From Pseudobdellovibrionaceae bacterium (GTDB lineage: Bacteria > Bdellovibrionota > Bdellovibrionia > Bdellovibrionales > Bdellovibrionaceae): a DNA stretch of 21,753 nt. Shown piece after piece: positions 7,761 through 16,792 of the stretch. Numbering within the stretch: position 1 is the first letter of the stretch; the number at the start of each line of letters is the position of its first letter. Under the pieces are notes generated by a model, which was given only the letters and a program-made list of their open reading frames with translations, made no database searches and was not told the origin of the DNA. Made by a program: the position numbers and the translations under genes. Location: NCBI GenBank assembly GCA_039810425.1, contig JBDHWW010000046.1, forward strand, positions 1-21,753. Reading direction: 5' to 3'.

Positions 7761-8596
7761 TTTTCTTTCCTTGTGGATTTCGACAACGGGAAGAGTTGAA
7801 AGTTAATTTGGTAAATTTGTTCTTTATTTTTATCTTCCTCTGCAATGGTCATGAGCTGGGATCTGAATTCTTCGATGAGCTTTTTAATTCTAAGGGCAGA
7901 GCCTTCAGAAAGCCCCACGGTCACTGATGAAATTTCTCTTTCTTGCGCTGGAAAACGGTCCAAGGATTCCGCGGCAAGTCCGAGCATCTTTTTGTGAAAC
8001 TGAACCACGCCGAAATTTGAAAATCGATGGCCCGTGGTGATGCTTTCTTCTTTTGCGGACCAAAGGTCTGACTTTTTTTCAATCATCTCAAGACAAAGGA
8101 GTCGGTTCAAAGATTCTTCGACATCGCCGGGTGAAATTCCTGGCAGAAGAGCCTCAGCAATCTCTGTGCTTGTTTGTGGCGGATTCTTTAGCATTAAAAG
8201 TTCACGAATCGGAATGTGATACCACTGGGAGTAGTATTCGAATTGTTCTTTCGACAGAGGGTATTCATTCTGGAACTTTTTCATCTGCACCAACTGATGT
8301 GCGAAGTGCTCTTTCTCGGAAAGGGTTTTCGCTTTATTAAAATGCACGAGGTGGCGAAAGAAATTTCCTTCTTCTTTGGTGAGCTGAAAGATCTCAACCA
8401 CTTTTTCTAGACTGCTCGTTGAAAGGTGTCGTTTGCCTTTGACTACGAGATTTAAAAAATTGGGGGAAGTCAGTCCGGCTCGTTGTGAAAACCAACGATA
8501 AGAGAATACTTTCTTCTCTTTTTTCCTTTGTTCAATCAAAGCCACCAATAGTTGGCGATAATCTTGAAATTGAAAGACGTTGAGTTTTTTATTCAT
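7757..8596 (-). CDS. TIGR02147 family protein (N-terminal HTH-like region, C-terminal DUF4423)
   Basis: VFQFQDYRQLL, FSYRWFSQRAGLTSPNFL..KGKRHLS, YYSQWYHIPIRELL, FHKKM, EREISSVT, IYQINFQLFPLS. Confidence 0.9.
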   Translation of the reverse strand: MNKKLNVFQFQDYRQLLVALIEQRKKEKKVFSYRWFSQRAGLTSPNFLNLVVKGKRHLSTSSLEKVVEIFQLTKEEGNFFRHLVHFNKAKTLSEKEHFAHQLVQMKKFQNEYPLSKEQFEYYSQWYHIPIRELLMLKNPPQTSTEIAEALLPGISPGDVEESLNRLLCLEMIEKKSDLWSAKEESITTGHRFSNFGVVQFHKKMLGLAAESLDRFPAQEREISSVTVGLSEGSALRIKKLIEEFRSQLMTIAEEDKNKEQIYQINFQLFPLSKSTRKEK

Positions 8597-8796
8597 ACAC
8601 TCATCCTATCGACACTTTCATTTGTATACTATAAAAATTATAAGAATCATAAATGGTATATAATACTGTGTAATATCAATATTTTAAGAGTGTATGCGTA
8701 GACTAAATGAATACGAAAATCATGTGTCTAGATCTGTTTTTAAGAGCTTTTTTAGGCGAATTGTCTTGAAATAAAACCAACCAGCAAGGAGCTACG

Positions 8797-10479
8797 ATGA
8801 AAAAAGTTTTGTTTTCAGTTTTGAGCCTATTTGTCTGTGGGGCATGCTCAGGAGGTTTATTTAAAAATGGCGAAGAGCCAATCGTTAAAGAAGCAACTTG
8901 GAATCCGGCCATTGAAAAGTTCACAAGTTGTCAAGGAATCGACTCTTATCTCCAGGAATATAGACAATCGTATCCGATTCCTGCCTCCACCGCAAGGACG
9001 CCAGAAAATGCCGCGGGTCAAGCATATGAAAATCAAGTGGGTGATGTGCTAGAGGGAGATATTCTTCAAATCACTCCTTCATTCTTTTTCTATGTGCGCG
9101 CAAAGTCAGTTGAGATCATAAGAAGAAAAAACCTGGCTCATTACAAGTCTATCCAAACACCGGGCGTTTTTGATCAGCGCCTGCTTGTCCATGACGGACA
9201 ATTGATTTCCGTCGGCACGAACTATAGAGGAACTAAAGTGCAAATCTTTGATATTGAGTCTGATTTTATAAAAACCTATGAAAAGGATTTTGCGGGATTT
9301 GTGCAGGATTTTCGTGTTGTTGGAAGTCAATTGCGTTTGGTTACGCGGGACTACTATTTGACCCGTCAAGGTGCTATCAATTGTGCGCAGGTCTATCGGC
9401 CCAACTTAGAAGACGGTGATTCACTAATTACTTTCATATCTCAGATAGATCTAGGAAGTGGGTCGTACAAAGATACGACCACGGGTTTTATGGGGGACAG
9501 CGATTTTTTTCATATGACTTCGGATGAGCTATTGCTCTTTAAAAATAGCCGTGGCTTGCCATCTCATTTTAGAGTCGTAAAGTTTGATAGAGGTCAACCT
9601 CGTCTTGAGCAAGTGCAAGCCTATGAAGGAAGCGTCAAAGACCGTTGGTCTGTTTTAACAAAAAGTAACATAATCATTTTTGTGTCTACCATCAATGGTG
9701 GCAGTGGACTTGAAAATAGGATACTCGCCTACGAAAAGATGCGAGGCTTAAAGTACGAACTGGCCGCTGAGACTCCAGCGTTTGGTGAGGGTGAAAGTGT
9801 TCGGAGTGTACGTTATTTTATGGATAAAGCCTACGTGGTAACTTATAGATGGACGGATCCGCTCTTTATATTTGATATTCAAGACCCTAAGAAAATGATT
9901 CCTCTGGGAAATTTAATATCACCGGGGTTTTCGACGCAGCTTCGAGAGCTCACGAATGGCATGATATTGGGGCTGGGGGTTGCGGACAGCGGGGATCGCG
10001 TGAAGGTCTCTCTCTTTAATGTTCTTGATCCGGCACGGCCCACGGAGGTGCAAACTTTTGCTTGGGGGCCAAGGTCCTCTTCAGATGCCATCTTTGAGCC
10101 CAAAGCGCTCTTTGTTTCCGGAGAGAAAGACCGCATTATTTTCCCTGGGGCTATTTTAAATATCAACGATGATCCGTACAATATCGATAATTCTGTAGAG
10201 TTTATGGGGGCTATTGTTTTGGATTTTAATGGGGCTCAATTGCGCGAGGCCGGGCGGCTAAGTCATCGACTTTTGTACGACAAACTGTGCGGTGAACCAC
10301 CATCATTTGCATACTTGTGGAATGGGAAAGTAAACAGGGCCGTGCAAATACGAGGTGATATTTTTAGCTTCTCAAGTTTTGGGGTTATGAGATCCTCGGC
10401 GAGGGATTTCACGACTCAAGAAGAGGTGAGCTTTGATCGCGGTGGCAGGGATTGTCGCGCAACTAATTTTTATCGTTAA
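8797..10479 (+). CDS. Lipoprotein with beta-propeller domain (Beta_propel / PF09826-like)
   Basis: AAGGAG SD; lipobox-like CGA-C; NQV..VLEGDI, GESVRSVRY..KAYVVTYR.TDPLFIFDIQDP, PGFS, VKVSLFNVLDP. Confidence 0.85.
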   Translation: MKKVLFSVLSLFVCGACSGGLFKNGEEPIVKEATWNPAIEKFTSCQGIDSYLQEYRQSYPIPASTARTPENAAGQAYENQVGDVLEGDILQITPSFFFYVRAKSVEIIRRKNLAHYKSIQTPGVFDQRLLVHDGQLISVGTNYRGTKVQIFDIESDFIKTYEKDFAGFVQDFRVVGSQLRLVTRDYYLTRQGAINCAQVYRPNLEDGDSLITFISQIDLGSGSYKDTTTGFMGDSDFFHMTSDELLLFKNSRGLPSHFRVVKFDRGQPRLEQVQAYEGSVKDRWSVLTKSNIIIFVSTINGGSGLENRILAYEKMRGLKYELAAETPAFGEGESVRSVRYFMDKAYVVTYRWTDPLFIFDIQDPKKMIPLGNLISPGFSTQLRELTNGMILGLGVADSGDRVKVSLFNVLDPARPTEVQTFAWGPRSSSDAIFEPKALFVSGEKDRIIFPGAILNINDDPYNIDNSVEFMGAIVLDFNGAQLREAGRLSHRLLYDKLCGEPPSFAYLWNGKVNRAVQIRGDIFSFSSFGVMRSSARDFTTQEEVSFDRGGRDCRATNFYR

Positions 10480-10502
10480 CGACGCGCGAGGAATGGGTGG
10501 GC

Positions 10503-10775
10503 TTAAGCTTGCTCATCCAGTTTTTTTTTAACATTGTCGCGATATTCTTTGAGTGAGTAGTGCCCGTAAGTCTTTTTGCGGTACATTTCCAGCACTTCCG
10601 CTTCGAGGTCCTCGATGACATCTTGCAGGTGTCCATCCGGGATATTTCCAGAGCGCGAAATGAAAACGAGGTAGGTGCCGACGATTTTTTGGATCAATTC
10701 CTTTGGTGACTCGATTTGGCAGGTGGGATCGTGTAAATGCTGATGAAAGATTTGAAAGAGAAGATCTGTTGTCAT
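10503..10775 (-). CDS. Small hypothetical helical protein
   Basis: 90-aa ORF filling the gap between two + strand genes; plausible composition; preceded by a sigma28-like promoter. Confidence 0.7.
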   Translation of the reverse strand: MTTDLLFQIFHQHLHDPTCQIESPKELIQKIVGTYLVFISRSGNIPDGHLQDVIEDLEAEVLEMYRKKTYGHYSLKEYRDNVKKKLDEQA

Positions 10776-10783
10776 ATGCTCAT

Positions 10784-10811
10784 TTATCGGTAAAGCGATG
10801 GGGAAACTGAA
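10784..10811 (-). promoter_or_regulatory. Sigma28 (FliA)-like promoter
   Basis: Minus strand TTCAGTTT-N12-ACCGATAA, 8 nt before the ATG at 10775 (consensus TAAAGTTT-N11-GCCGATAA). Confidence 0.55.
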
Positions 10812-12091
10812 TGAAAGCGATGAGTTTATTAGAGCTTAGGACCTTGGTCGCCGAGTTGGCAAGCCTCCTAAAAGAGGCCCAACTGCAGGATGTGATTTCC
10901 AATGACCGTGGCTTAGCTTTGGGTTTTCGTGGGACCAGACACTTTTGGCTGACCCTGGATATGAATCCATCGAATCCCTTTTGTCTGGTTTTTGCCGACT
11001 ACTGTCCCTTCAAAAAAGGATCTAAGCCTAAACCGATTGCATTGTTCCTGAATTCCCATGGAAAAAACCTGTACTTTCGCAAGATAGGGCTCGATGAGGA
11101 CTATGGACGAGTTCTACGGATAGAACTCGCCAACAGTCAAAAAAGTTGTGAACTCAAACTGATTCTCATCCCTCGGCAAGCCAATATGCTGGTTGAGTCC
11201 GAAGGCAAAAGTATCGCCTGGGAAAAACCGCGCGGGTTACAGGTACAAACTGAAACCGGAGAATTGCCCGCGCCTCGTGATCTCGGCGATATGCACGAAG
11301 AGTGGCTTAGTGAATTTCAAGGGGGGGCCCGCCCGTCGATAGATCCGCGCGCTCAATGGGAAAAGAAGAAAGCCAAGGATCTCGAGAAAAAACGCAAAGC
11401 GCTCGAAGAAATTGAAAAGATTTTGACGGAGAATTTTTCAGAAAAGTACTACGAGCTTGGCGCATATTTAAAAACGATTTCTCCGGAAGAATTCGCGTCA
11501 AAAAAAGTTCCAGCGGAATGGCATGGCCTTTTGGATTTCAAGCAGAAGCTCTTTGCCAATATCGAAATAGTTTTTGAAAAAGGCAAGCAAGCCGCAAATA
11601 AAGTTCAAGGGACCGAGGAGCGCCGGCGGATTCTGGCTGGGGAAATCGCGAAACTTGAGAAAAGCACTTTTGAGTCCAGCCCGAAGGATCAAAGCTCGCG
11701 CCAAAGGGTCGATGATCTTATGAAAAACACCGAGGCCAGGGGCAGAAAACTGAGCCTGGAATCTGGTGCCATCGTCTATTGCGGAAAATCAGCGTCTGAT
11801 AATCTAGCGTTGCTTCGCCGGGCAAAAGCTTGGGACTATTGGCTGCACCTGAAGGACTATCCGGGAGCCCACGCCATCGTCCACCGATCCCGCGATCAAG
11901 ATATGCCGTTTGAGGAGCTGCAAAAAGCCGCTCTTTGGGTGCTTAAAGAGTCGCTATCGTCAAAGACTTTCATGCCGGGTGAAAAGTATGCGGTTGTCAT
12001 TGTGGAATGTCGTTTTGTTCGCCCCATTAAGGGGGATAAGCTGGGGCGCGTGACCTATCATTCCGAGAAGCAGTTCATGGTGACGGCCTAA
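10811..12091 (+). CDS. NFACT family protein (RqcH/FbpA-like) with C-terminal NFACT-R (DUF814) domain
   Basis: C-terminal YCGKSASDNLALL..WLHLKDYPGAHAIV..GRVTY; central coiled coil; divergent NFACT-N-like start. Confidence 0.85.
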   Translation: MKAMSLLELRTLVAELASLLKEAQLQDVISNDRGLALGFRGTRHFWLTLDMNPSNPFCLVFADYCPFKKGSKPKPIALFLNSHGKNLYFRKIGLDEDYGRVLRIELANSQKSCELKLILIPRQANMLVESEGKSIAWEKPRGLQVQTETGELPAPRDLGDMHEEWLSEFQGGARPSIDPRAQWEKKKAKDLEKKRKALEEIEKILTENFSEKYYELGAYLKTISPEEFASKKVPAEWHGLLDFKQKLFANIEIVFEKGKQAANKVQGTEERRRILAGEIAKLEKSTFESSPKDQSSRQRVDDLMKNTEARGRKLSLESGAIVYCGKSASDNLALLRRAKAWDYWLHLKDYPGAHAIVHRSRDQDMPFEELQKAALWVLKESLSSKTFMPGEKYAVVIVECRFVRPIKGDKLGRVTYHSEKQFMVTA

Positions 12092-12126
12092 TCATGTCTT
12101 GACCCTTTGCTTCCTTGCTCGATGCC

Positions 12127-12154
12127 TTGACTGTCCCTCTCAGCGGAATAGAAT
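12127..12154 (+). promoter_or_regulatory. Sigma70-like promoter of the ABC operon
   Basis: TTGACT-N16-TAGAAT; GAGGA SD at 12171-12175. Confidence 0.6.
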
Positions 12155-12181
12155 TTTCTTTTATTCTACAGAGGACGGATT

Positions 12182-13126
12182 ATGATTGAAGTGCGAGATC
12201 TCACCAAGGACTATGGTCCACGTAGAGCTATCAACCAGCTCAACTTCACGATCAACAAAGGAGAAGTCGTTGGCTTCCTGGGCCCGAACGGGGCGGGGAA
12301 GTCCACGACAATGAAAATCATCACAGGCTTTATGGCGCCTAGCTCAGGCACGGCGAAAGTGGCGGGATTTGATGTTTTTGAAAATCCTCTGGAGGTGAAG
12401 AAGCGGATTGGCTATCTACCCGAAACGCCTCCCGTCTACACGGACATGTATGTGCGTGACTATCTGACATACGTTGCGGAACTCAAGCAAGTGCCGCGCG
12501 AAAATATTCAAAAGCAAGTCGATGATGCGTTGGAGAAAACGAATCTTGGCAGCGTGCAAAAGCGTTTAATCCAGAACTTGTCAAAAGGTTATCGCCAGCG
12601 TGTGGGCATCGCTCAGGCTTTAGTTTCAAATCCGGAAGTTCTGATCCTTGATGAACCCACCGTCGGTCTTGACCCAAAGCAAGTTGCTGAGATCCGCGAA
12701 CTCATCAAGGAACTCCGCGGCCATCACACGGTCATCTTGTCGACACACATTTTGAGCGAAGTGCAAGCAACCTGTGAGCGAGTGATCATCATCCATCACG
12801 GTCAAATCGTTGCCCAAGACCGTATCGAAAATTTGGCGGGTCCGGAGCGGGGTCAAAGCCGTCTGACGATCCGCCTGCGGAAAGAAGTTGAAGATCTTAA
12901 AAAAGTTTTGGGTGGAATCGAAGGCGTTCTGGCCGTCTCCGCCGGCAGCAGCCGCCATGACTGGGAAGTGAACCTGCGTGGCGACGATGCGGTGGTCGAT
13001 GCGATTTCAACGCGAGTAGTGAACGAAGGCTTGGGGTTACTGGAACTCAGTCCGCACAAAGTCGATTTGGAGGATGTCTTCTTGAAACTTACCTATGGAG
13101 CTGAACAAACTGAGGTGCAATCATGA
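12182..13126 (+). CDS. gldA: ABC transporter ATP-binding protein, GldA-like
   Basis: Walker A GPNGAGKSTT; signature LSKGYRQR; Walker B LILDEPTVGLDP; H-loop STH. Confidence 0.9.
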   Translation: MIEVRDLTKDYGPRRAINQLNFTINKGEVVGFLGPNGAGKSTTMKIITGFMAPSSGTAKVAGFDVFENPLEVKKRIGYLPETPPVYTDMYVRDYLTYVAELKQVPRENIQKQVDDALEKTNLGSVQKRLIQNLSKGYRQRVGIAQALVSNPEVLILDEPTVGLDPKQVAEIRELIKELRGHHTVILSTHILSEVQATCERVIIIHHGQIVAQDRIENLAGPERGQSRLTIRLRKEVEDLKKVLGGIEGVLAVSAGSSRHDWEVNLRGDDAVVDAISTRVVNEGLGLLELSPHKVDLEDVFLKLTYGAEQTEVQS

Positions 13127-13899
13127 GTGGAACTATAACGATCTTTAAGAAAGAACTGAAAGGCTTTTTCTTCAGCCCCAGTTTCTATGTGATCGCCTTC
13201 TTGGTTTCTGCGGTCTTGAGTTGGTCGTATCCGATTCAGTTGAACTTGTTTTCGCTGCTTTTGCAGAACTACGTGTTCCAGCAAAACTTGCCAAATATGA
13301 ATCAATTGAACATCCACTACGGATTGTTCCTCAGGCATCTGTCCTATCTGAATCTGCTGCTGATCTTCGTGGTGCCCGCGCTCACAATGCGCTTACTGGC
13401 TGAAGAAAAGAAACTGCGCACTTTTGATTTGCTTTTAACTTCACCGGTGACCTCAACGGACATTGTTCTTGGCAAGTATCTTGCGGCGCTCGCGGCCGTC
13501 GGAGGTATTGTTCTGCTGGCGCTGTCTTATCCGGTTGCGACGGCGACCATGGCGAAACTCAATTGGGGCCCATTGTTGATCGCTTTTCTGGGAATCTTTC
13601 TGGTGGGCGCCGCGTATGCGGCGATGAACTTGTTTTGCTCAAGCCTCACTGAAAATGCTTTGGTTGCGTACGTGACTTCGGTGGTGTTCAACGTCTCGAT
13701 CTGGTTTGTTGGTATCGGTGTTGAGATGACGGACAGCCAAACGATCCGGCAGGTCATCGAGCATGTTTCCATCAATACGCACTTAAGCAGCCTTGTTGAA
13801 GGAACCATTCGCTCCAGTGCGTTGGTTTTTCTTATCAGCCTTGTGGCTTTATTCTGTTTTTTGGCCGAGAGGGTTGTTGAATCCTCTCGTTGGAGGTAG
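13123..13899 (+). CDS. gldF: ABC-2 type permease, GldF-like
   Basis: ATGA overlap; IFKKELKGFF; PALTMRLLAEEKKLRTFDLLLTSP..IVLGKY; about 6 TM segments. Confidence 0.88.
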   Translation: MSGTITIFKKELKGFFFSPSFYVIAFLVSAVLSWSYPIQLNLFSLLLQNYVFQQNLPNMNQLNIHYGLFLRHLSYLNLLLIFVVPALTMRLLAEEKKLRTFDLLLTSPVTSTDIVLGKYLAALAAVGGIVLLALSYPVATATMAKLNWGPLLIAFLGIFLVGAAYAAMNLFCSSLTENALVAYVTSVVFNVSIWFVGIGVEMTDSQTIRQVIEHVSINTHLSSLVEGTIRSSALVFLISLVALFCFLAERVVESSRWR

Positions 13900-13904
13900 G
13901 GTCT

Positions 13905-15437
13905 ATGAGCAAAATCAGTAAAATCCTCTTTGGCATTTCCGGTGTAAGCCTTTTGTGTTTTATCGTGACTCGATTGCTGGTTGGGGCGTGGATTCCCTTC
14001 CTATGGATCCCACTCTCATTTTTCGTTTGCTGCTTTATCGGCGCGATCATCCAGGAAAGAAAAACTATTGCCGAGTTCATGACAATGAAGACTACGAAGC
14101 ACGGCATGAATATGGGCGCTTTGATTGCGCTCGTCTTTGCCGTATTGGTGGTTGTCAATTTCTTGTCGGTTCGCCACTACAGAGTTTGGGACTTTTCCGG
14201 TGCGCAAAGCAATACGCTCTCTGATCAGTCCTTGAAACTCGTGAAGAGTTTGAATTCTGAACTTCTAATCCGTTTTTTTTACAAGAAGGGCGTTGAAGGA
14301 AACGAAGACAATCGTAAAAACTTCCGTGAGTTGATTAAAAAATACCAAGACCAGACTTCGAATATTCGCTTGGAGTTCGTTGAAGTGAATGAGCGTCCAG
14401 ATTTGGCCGAAGAATACGGCGTTACCAAAGGCAGTGGCGTGATTTTCTTGGACTACAAAGGCCGCCGTAACCGCGTTGAAAAAATCGACGAGCAAGAAGT
14501 GACGACGGCATTGGTGAAACTCACCCGCGAAAAAGAAAAGAACATCTACTTTGTTGTCGGTCATGGCGAACGTGATTTGGAAGAAGCTAAAGAGGCCACC
14601 GGTCTCAACGCTTTGAGGGTGATGCTCGAAAACAATCGCTACATGGTGAAAACTCAAGCGACAAACCTGAATGCGAAAATCCCTGACGATGCCGATGTCG
14701 TTATGATCGTGGGACCAACTCAGAAGTTCTTGGACTACGAAGTTAAAGGGCTTGAAGACTATCTTCAGCGAGGCGGTAACCTCCTGATAGCTTTGAAATC
14801 AAAACAAACGCAGGGGCTGGAAACGGTGTTGGCCCAGGCGGGTCTTGAGCCAATGAACAATTACGTGATGAACATCGTAGATACGCCCATGGGCAAAGGT
14901 GTGCAGCAGGGGCAGACTCTGGGCACGGTTTTCTCGGGCACGAACGAAATCACCAAAGTCTTCGGTAAAAGCGAAGCGACGATATTCAGAAATCCCATGT
15001 CACTGAAGCGTGGCAAAGTTCCTGAAGGTGTGACGATTGATGATCTTGTGAAGACTCAGGAGAGCTCGATGTCTTTCGCGAATCTGGATTTGAAGGATCA
15101 AGGTCCTCAAGGTGCATTCACGATCGTCGCGGAGGCGAAAGGAAAATTCCCAGGCAACAAAGGCTCGGATTTCCAAATGATCGTGGCGGGGGATGCGGAC
15201 TTTCTCGGGAACCAGCTTTTAATGCAGAGCTTGAATCGCGACTTGGTTTTGAACTCGGTGGCGGCGCTCGCGAAGGAAAGTAACTTGATAAGTATTGCTC
15301 CACGCGAAGCGCAAGTGACCAAGCTGCAAATGACGGATTCGAACTTCTATCTGTTCTTGTTCTTGTTTGCGATTCCATTGCCACTGCTAATGCTGGGCAC
15401 TGGTTTCACTCTGTGGATGAGAAGGAGGTATGCTTAA
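13905..15437 (+). CDS. gldG: GldG-family ABC auxiliary component (ORF track start 13890; ATG 13905 preferred)
   Basis: GGAGGT SD; N-terminal TMs; WDFS..NTLS, IYFVVGHGE, YLQRGGNLLI, VAGDADF, NRDLVLN; C-terminal TM ending WMRRR. Confidence 0.88.
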   Translation: MSKISKILFGISGVSLLCFIVTRLLVGAWIPFLWIPLSFFVCCFIGAIIQERKTIAEFMTMKTTKHGMNMGALIALVFAVLVVVNFLSVRHYRVWDFSGAQSNTLSDQSLKLVKSLNSELLIRFFYKKGVEGNEDNRKNFRELIKKYQDQTSNIRLEFVEVNERPDLAEEYGVTKGSGVIFLDYKGRRNRVEKIDEQEVTTALVKLTREKEKNIYFVVGHGERDLEEAKEATGLNALRVMLENNRYMVKTQATNLNAKIPDDADVVMIVGPTQKFLDYEVKGLEDYLQRGGNLLIALKSKQTQGLETVLAQAGLEPMNNYVMNIVDTPMGKGVQQGQTLGTVFSGTNEITKVFGKSEATIFRNPMSLKRGKVPEGVTIDDLVKTQESSMSFANLDLKDQGPQGAFTIVAEAKGKFPGNKGSDFQMIVAGDADFLGNQLLMQSLNRDLVLNSVAALAKESNLISIAPREAQVTKLQMTDSNFYLFLFLFAIPLPLLMLGTGFTLWMRRRYA

Positions 15438-16792
15438 TGAAGAAGACGGCCTGGTTTGGGATTTTCGTTGCGGTGCTGGTGGGGGCTACTTACTATTTTG
15501 AGTTCTATCAAGCCAACCGCGAAGAAAATAAAAAGACGGAAGCCGCCAGAATCGTGGCATTTCCGGTCGCGCAAATCAACCAAATTGAAGTGCAAAATAA
15601 AACCGGAAAGATTCTTCTTAAGCGTGATACCGACGGCTGGCGTTTGGAAGAGCCCGACAAAGACTGGGCTGACAATCAGTTCACTGAAGATTTCGTCAGC
15701 GGACTCGTTGGCGAGAAAAGCATCGATACCATTGCCACGGAAGGCGAAATCAACTGGTCCCGGTATGGGCTCGATAAAGAATATTCAAAAGTGATCTTTA
15801 CCAATCAAGCGGGACAGTCGGTGCTGGTGGAGGTCTCCAGCAAAAAGAATTTCGAAGGCAATAGCTTCTTAAGGCGTGACAGCGAAAATCAAGTGCTTGT
15901 GGCGACTTCGCAATGGGCATTGCGTGTGAATAAAACGCCGATGGATTTTCGCGACAAGCGTTTCTTCCGCGGAAAAGTCGGCAGCGTCGAAGAAATCAAA
16001 ATCAAATCTCAGAAAGATGATTTCACTCTCGTCAACAAAGATAACAAGTGGCTTAACGAGAAAAATCCAAAACTGAAATTGGATCAAAACAAAGTGCGCG
16101 AGATTCTGACTTCGCTGAATGAAATCCATGCGACGGATTTTTTGGCTAAGGCACCGGCGGCACCAGTTTTGGATAAGATCGGTCTGAAACTCAAAGATAA
16201 ATCTTGGGCTGGCGAAGTTAGGCAAGGCCGGGACAAGGTTTTCTATGGTGTGACCTCTGAACCGGCATTTAATTTAAAGCTCGAAGCAGGGGCAGTGGAA
16301 AAATTCACCAATATGACTTTGATGGGCCTTCGTGATCGCAAAGAGCCATTTGACTTCCAAAATCTGATGGTTCGTAGAATTGAAATCGATACGGCTTTGA
16401 AAAAAATGGTGCTGGTTAAGGCCGATGACAAATGGATGATGCAAGGAGATGAAAAAGCGAACATCGATCCAAACGTGGTTCGCGCATTTATCACTCGTTT
16501 CAGTGGCACGGGAGTGACCGAATACCTCGATAAGAAAGAGCAAACGGCGTTTAAGGATCCTCAGAACAAGATCGTCTTAAAAGATGAAAGTCAGAAGGTC
16601 CTTTTTGACGTTGAATGGGGTCCCGAGATCCGCAAGAAAGGGTCGGTCGGTGAAAAGAAGCTGGTTTTAACAAAGACGAGCTTGTTTGAAGATGTTTTTG
16701 GTCTGGATCCAGCCGTCATCGAAGCTTGGGGCTTGATGGGACTGCTGCCGGTAGAGCAGACTAAAGACAAAATAAAAAAGGAAACTCCGTGA
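15437..16792 (+). CDS. DUF4340 domain-containing protein (ORF track start 15413; ATG 15437 preferred)
   Basis: AAGGAGG SD and TAATG coupling; N-terminal anchor; YGL and repeated DFRDKR/GLRDRK segments; usual position after gldG. Confidence 0.82.
   Translation: MKKTAWFGIFVAVLVGATYYFEFYQANREENKKTEAARIVAFPVAQINQIEVQNKTGKILLKRDTDGWRLEEPDKDWADNQFTEDFVSGLVGEKSIDTIATEGEINWSRYGLDKEYSKVIFTNQAGQSVLVEVSSKKNFEGNSFLRRDSENQVLVATSQWALRVNKTPMDFRDKRFFRGKVGSVEEIKIKSQKDDFTLVNKDNKWLNEKNPKLKLDQNKVREILTSLNEIHATDFLAKAPAAPVLDKIGLKLKDKSWAGEVRQGRDKVFYGVTSEPAFNLKLEAGAVEKFTNMTLMGLRDRKEPFDFQNLMVRRIEIDTALKKMVLVKADDKWMMQGDEKANIDPNVVRAFITRFSGTGVTEYLDKKEQTAFKDPQNKIVLKDESQKVLFDVEWGPEIRKKGSVGEKKLVLTKTSLFEDVFGLDPAVIEAWGLMGLLPVEQTKDKIKKETP

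Noticed and set aside
7270..10502. TIGR02147 module as a mobile element
   Set aside because: No integrase, transposase, terminal repeats or target duplication seen.
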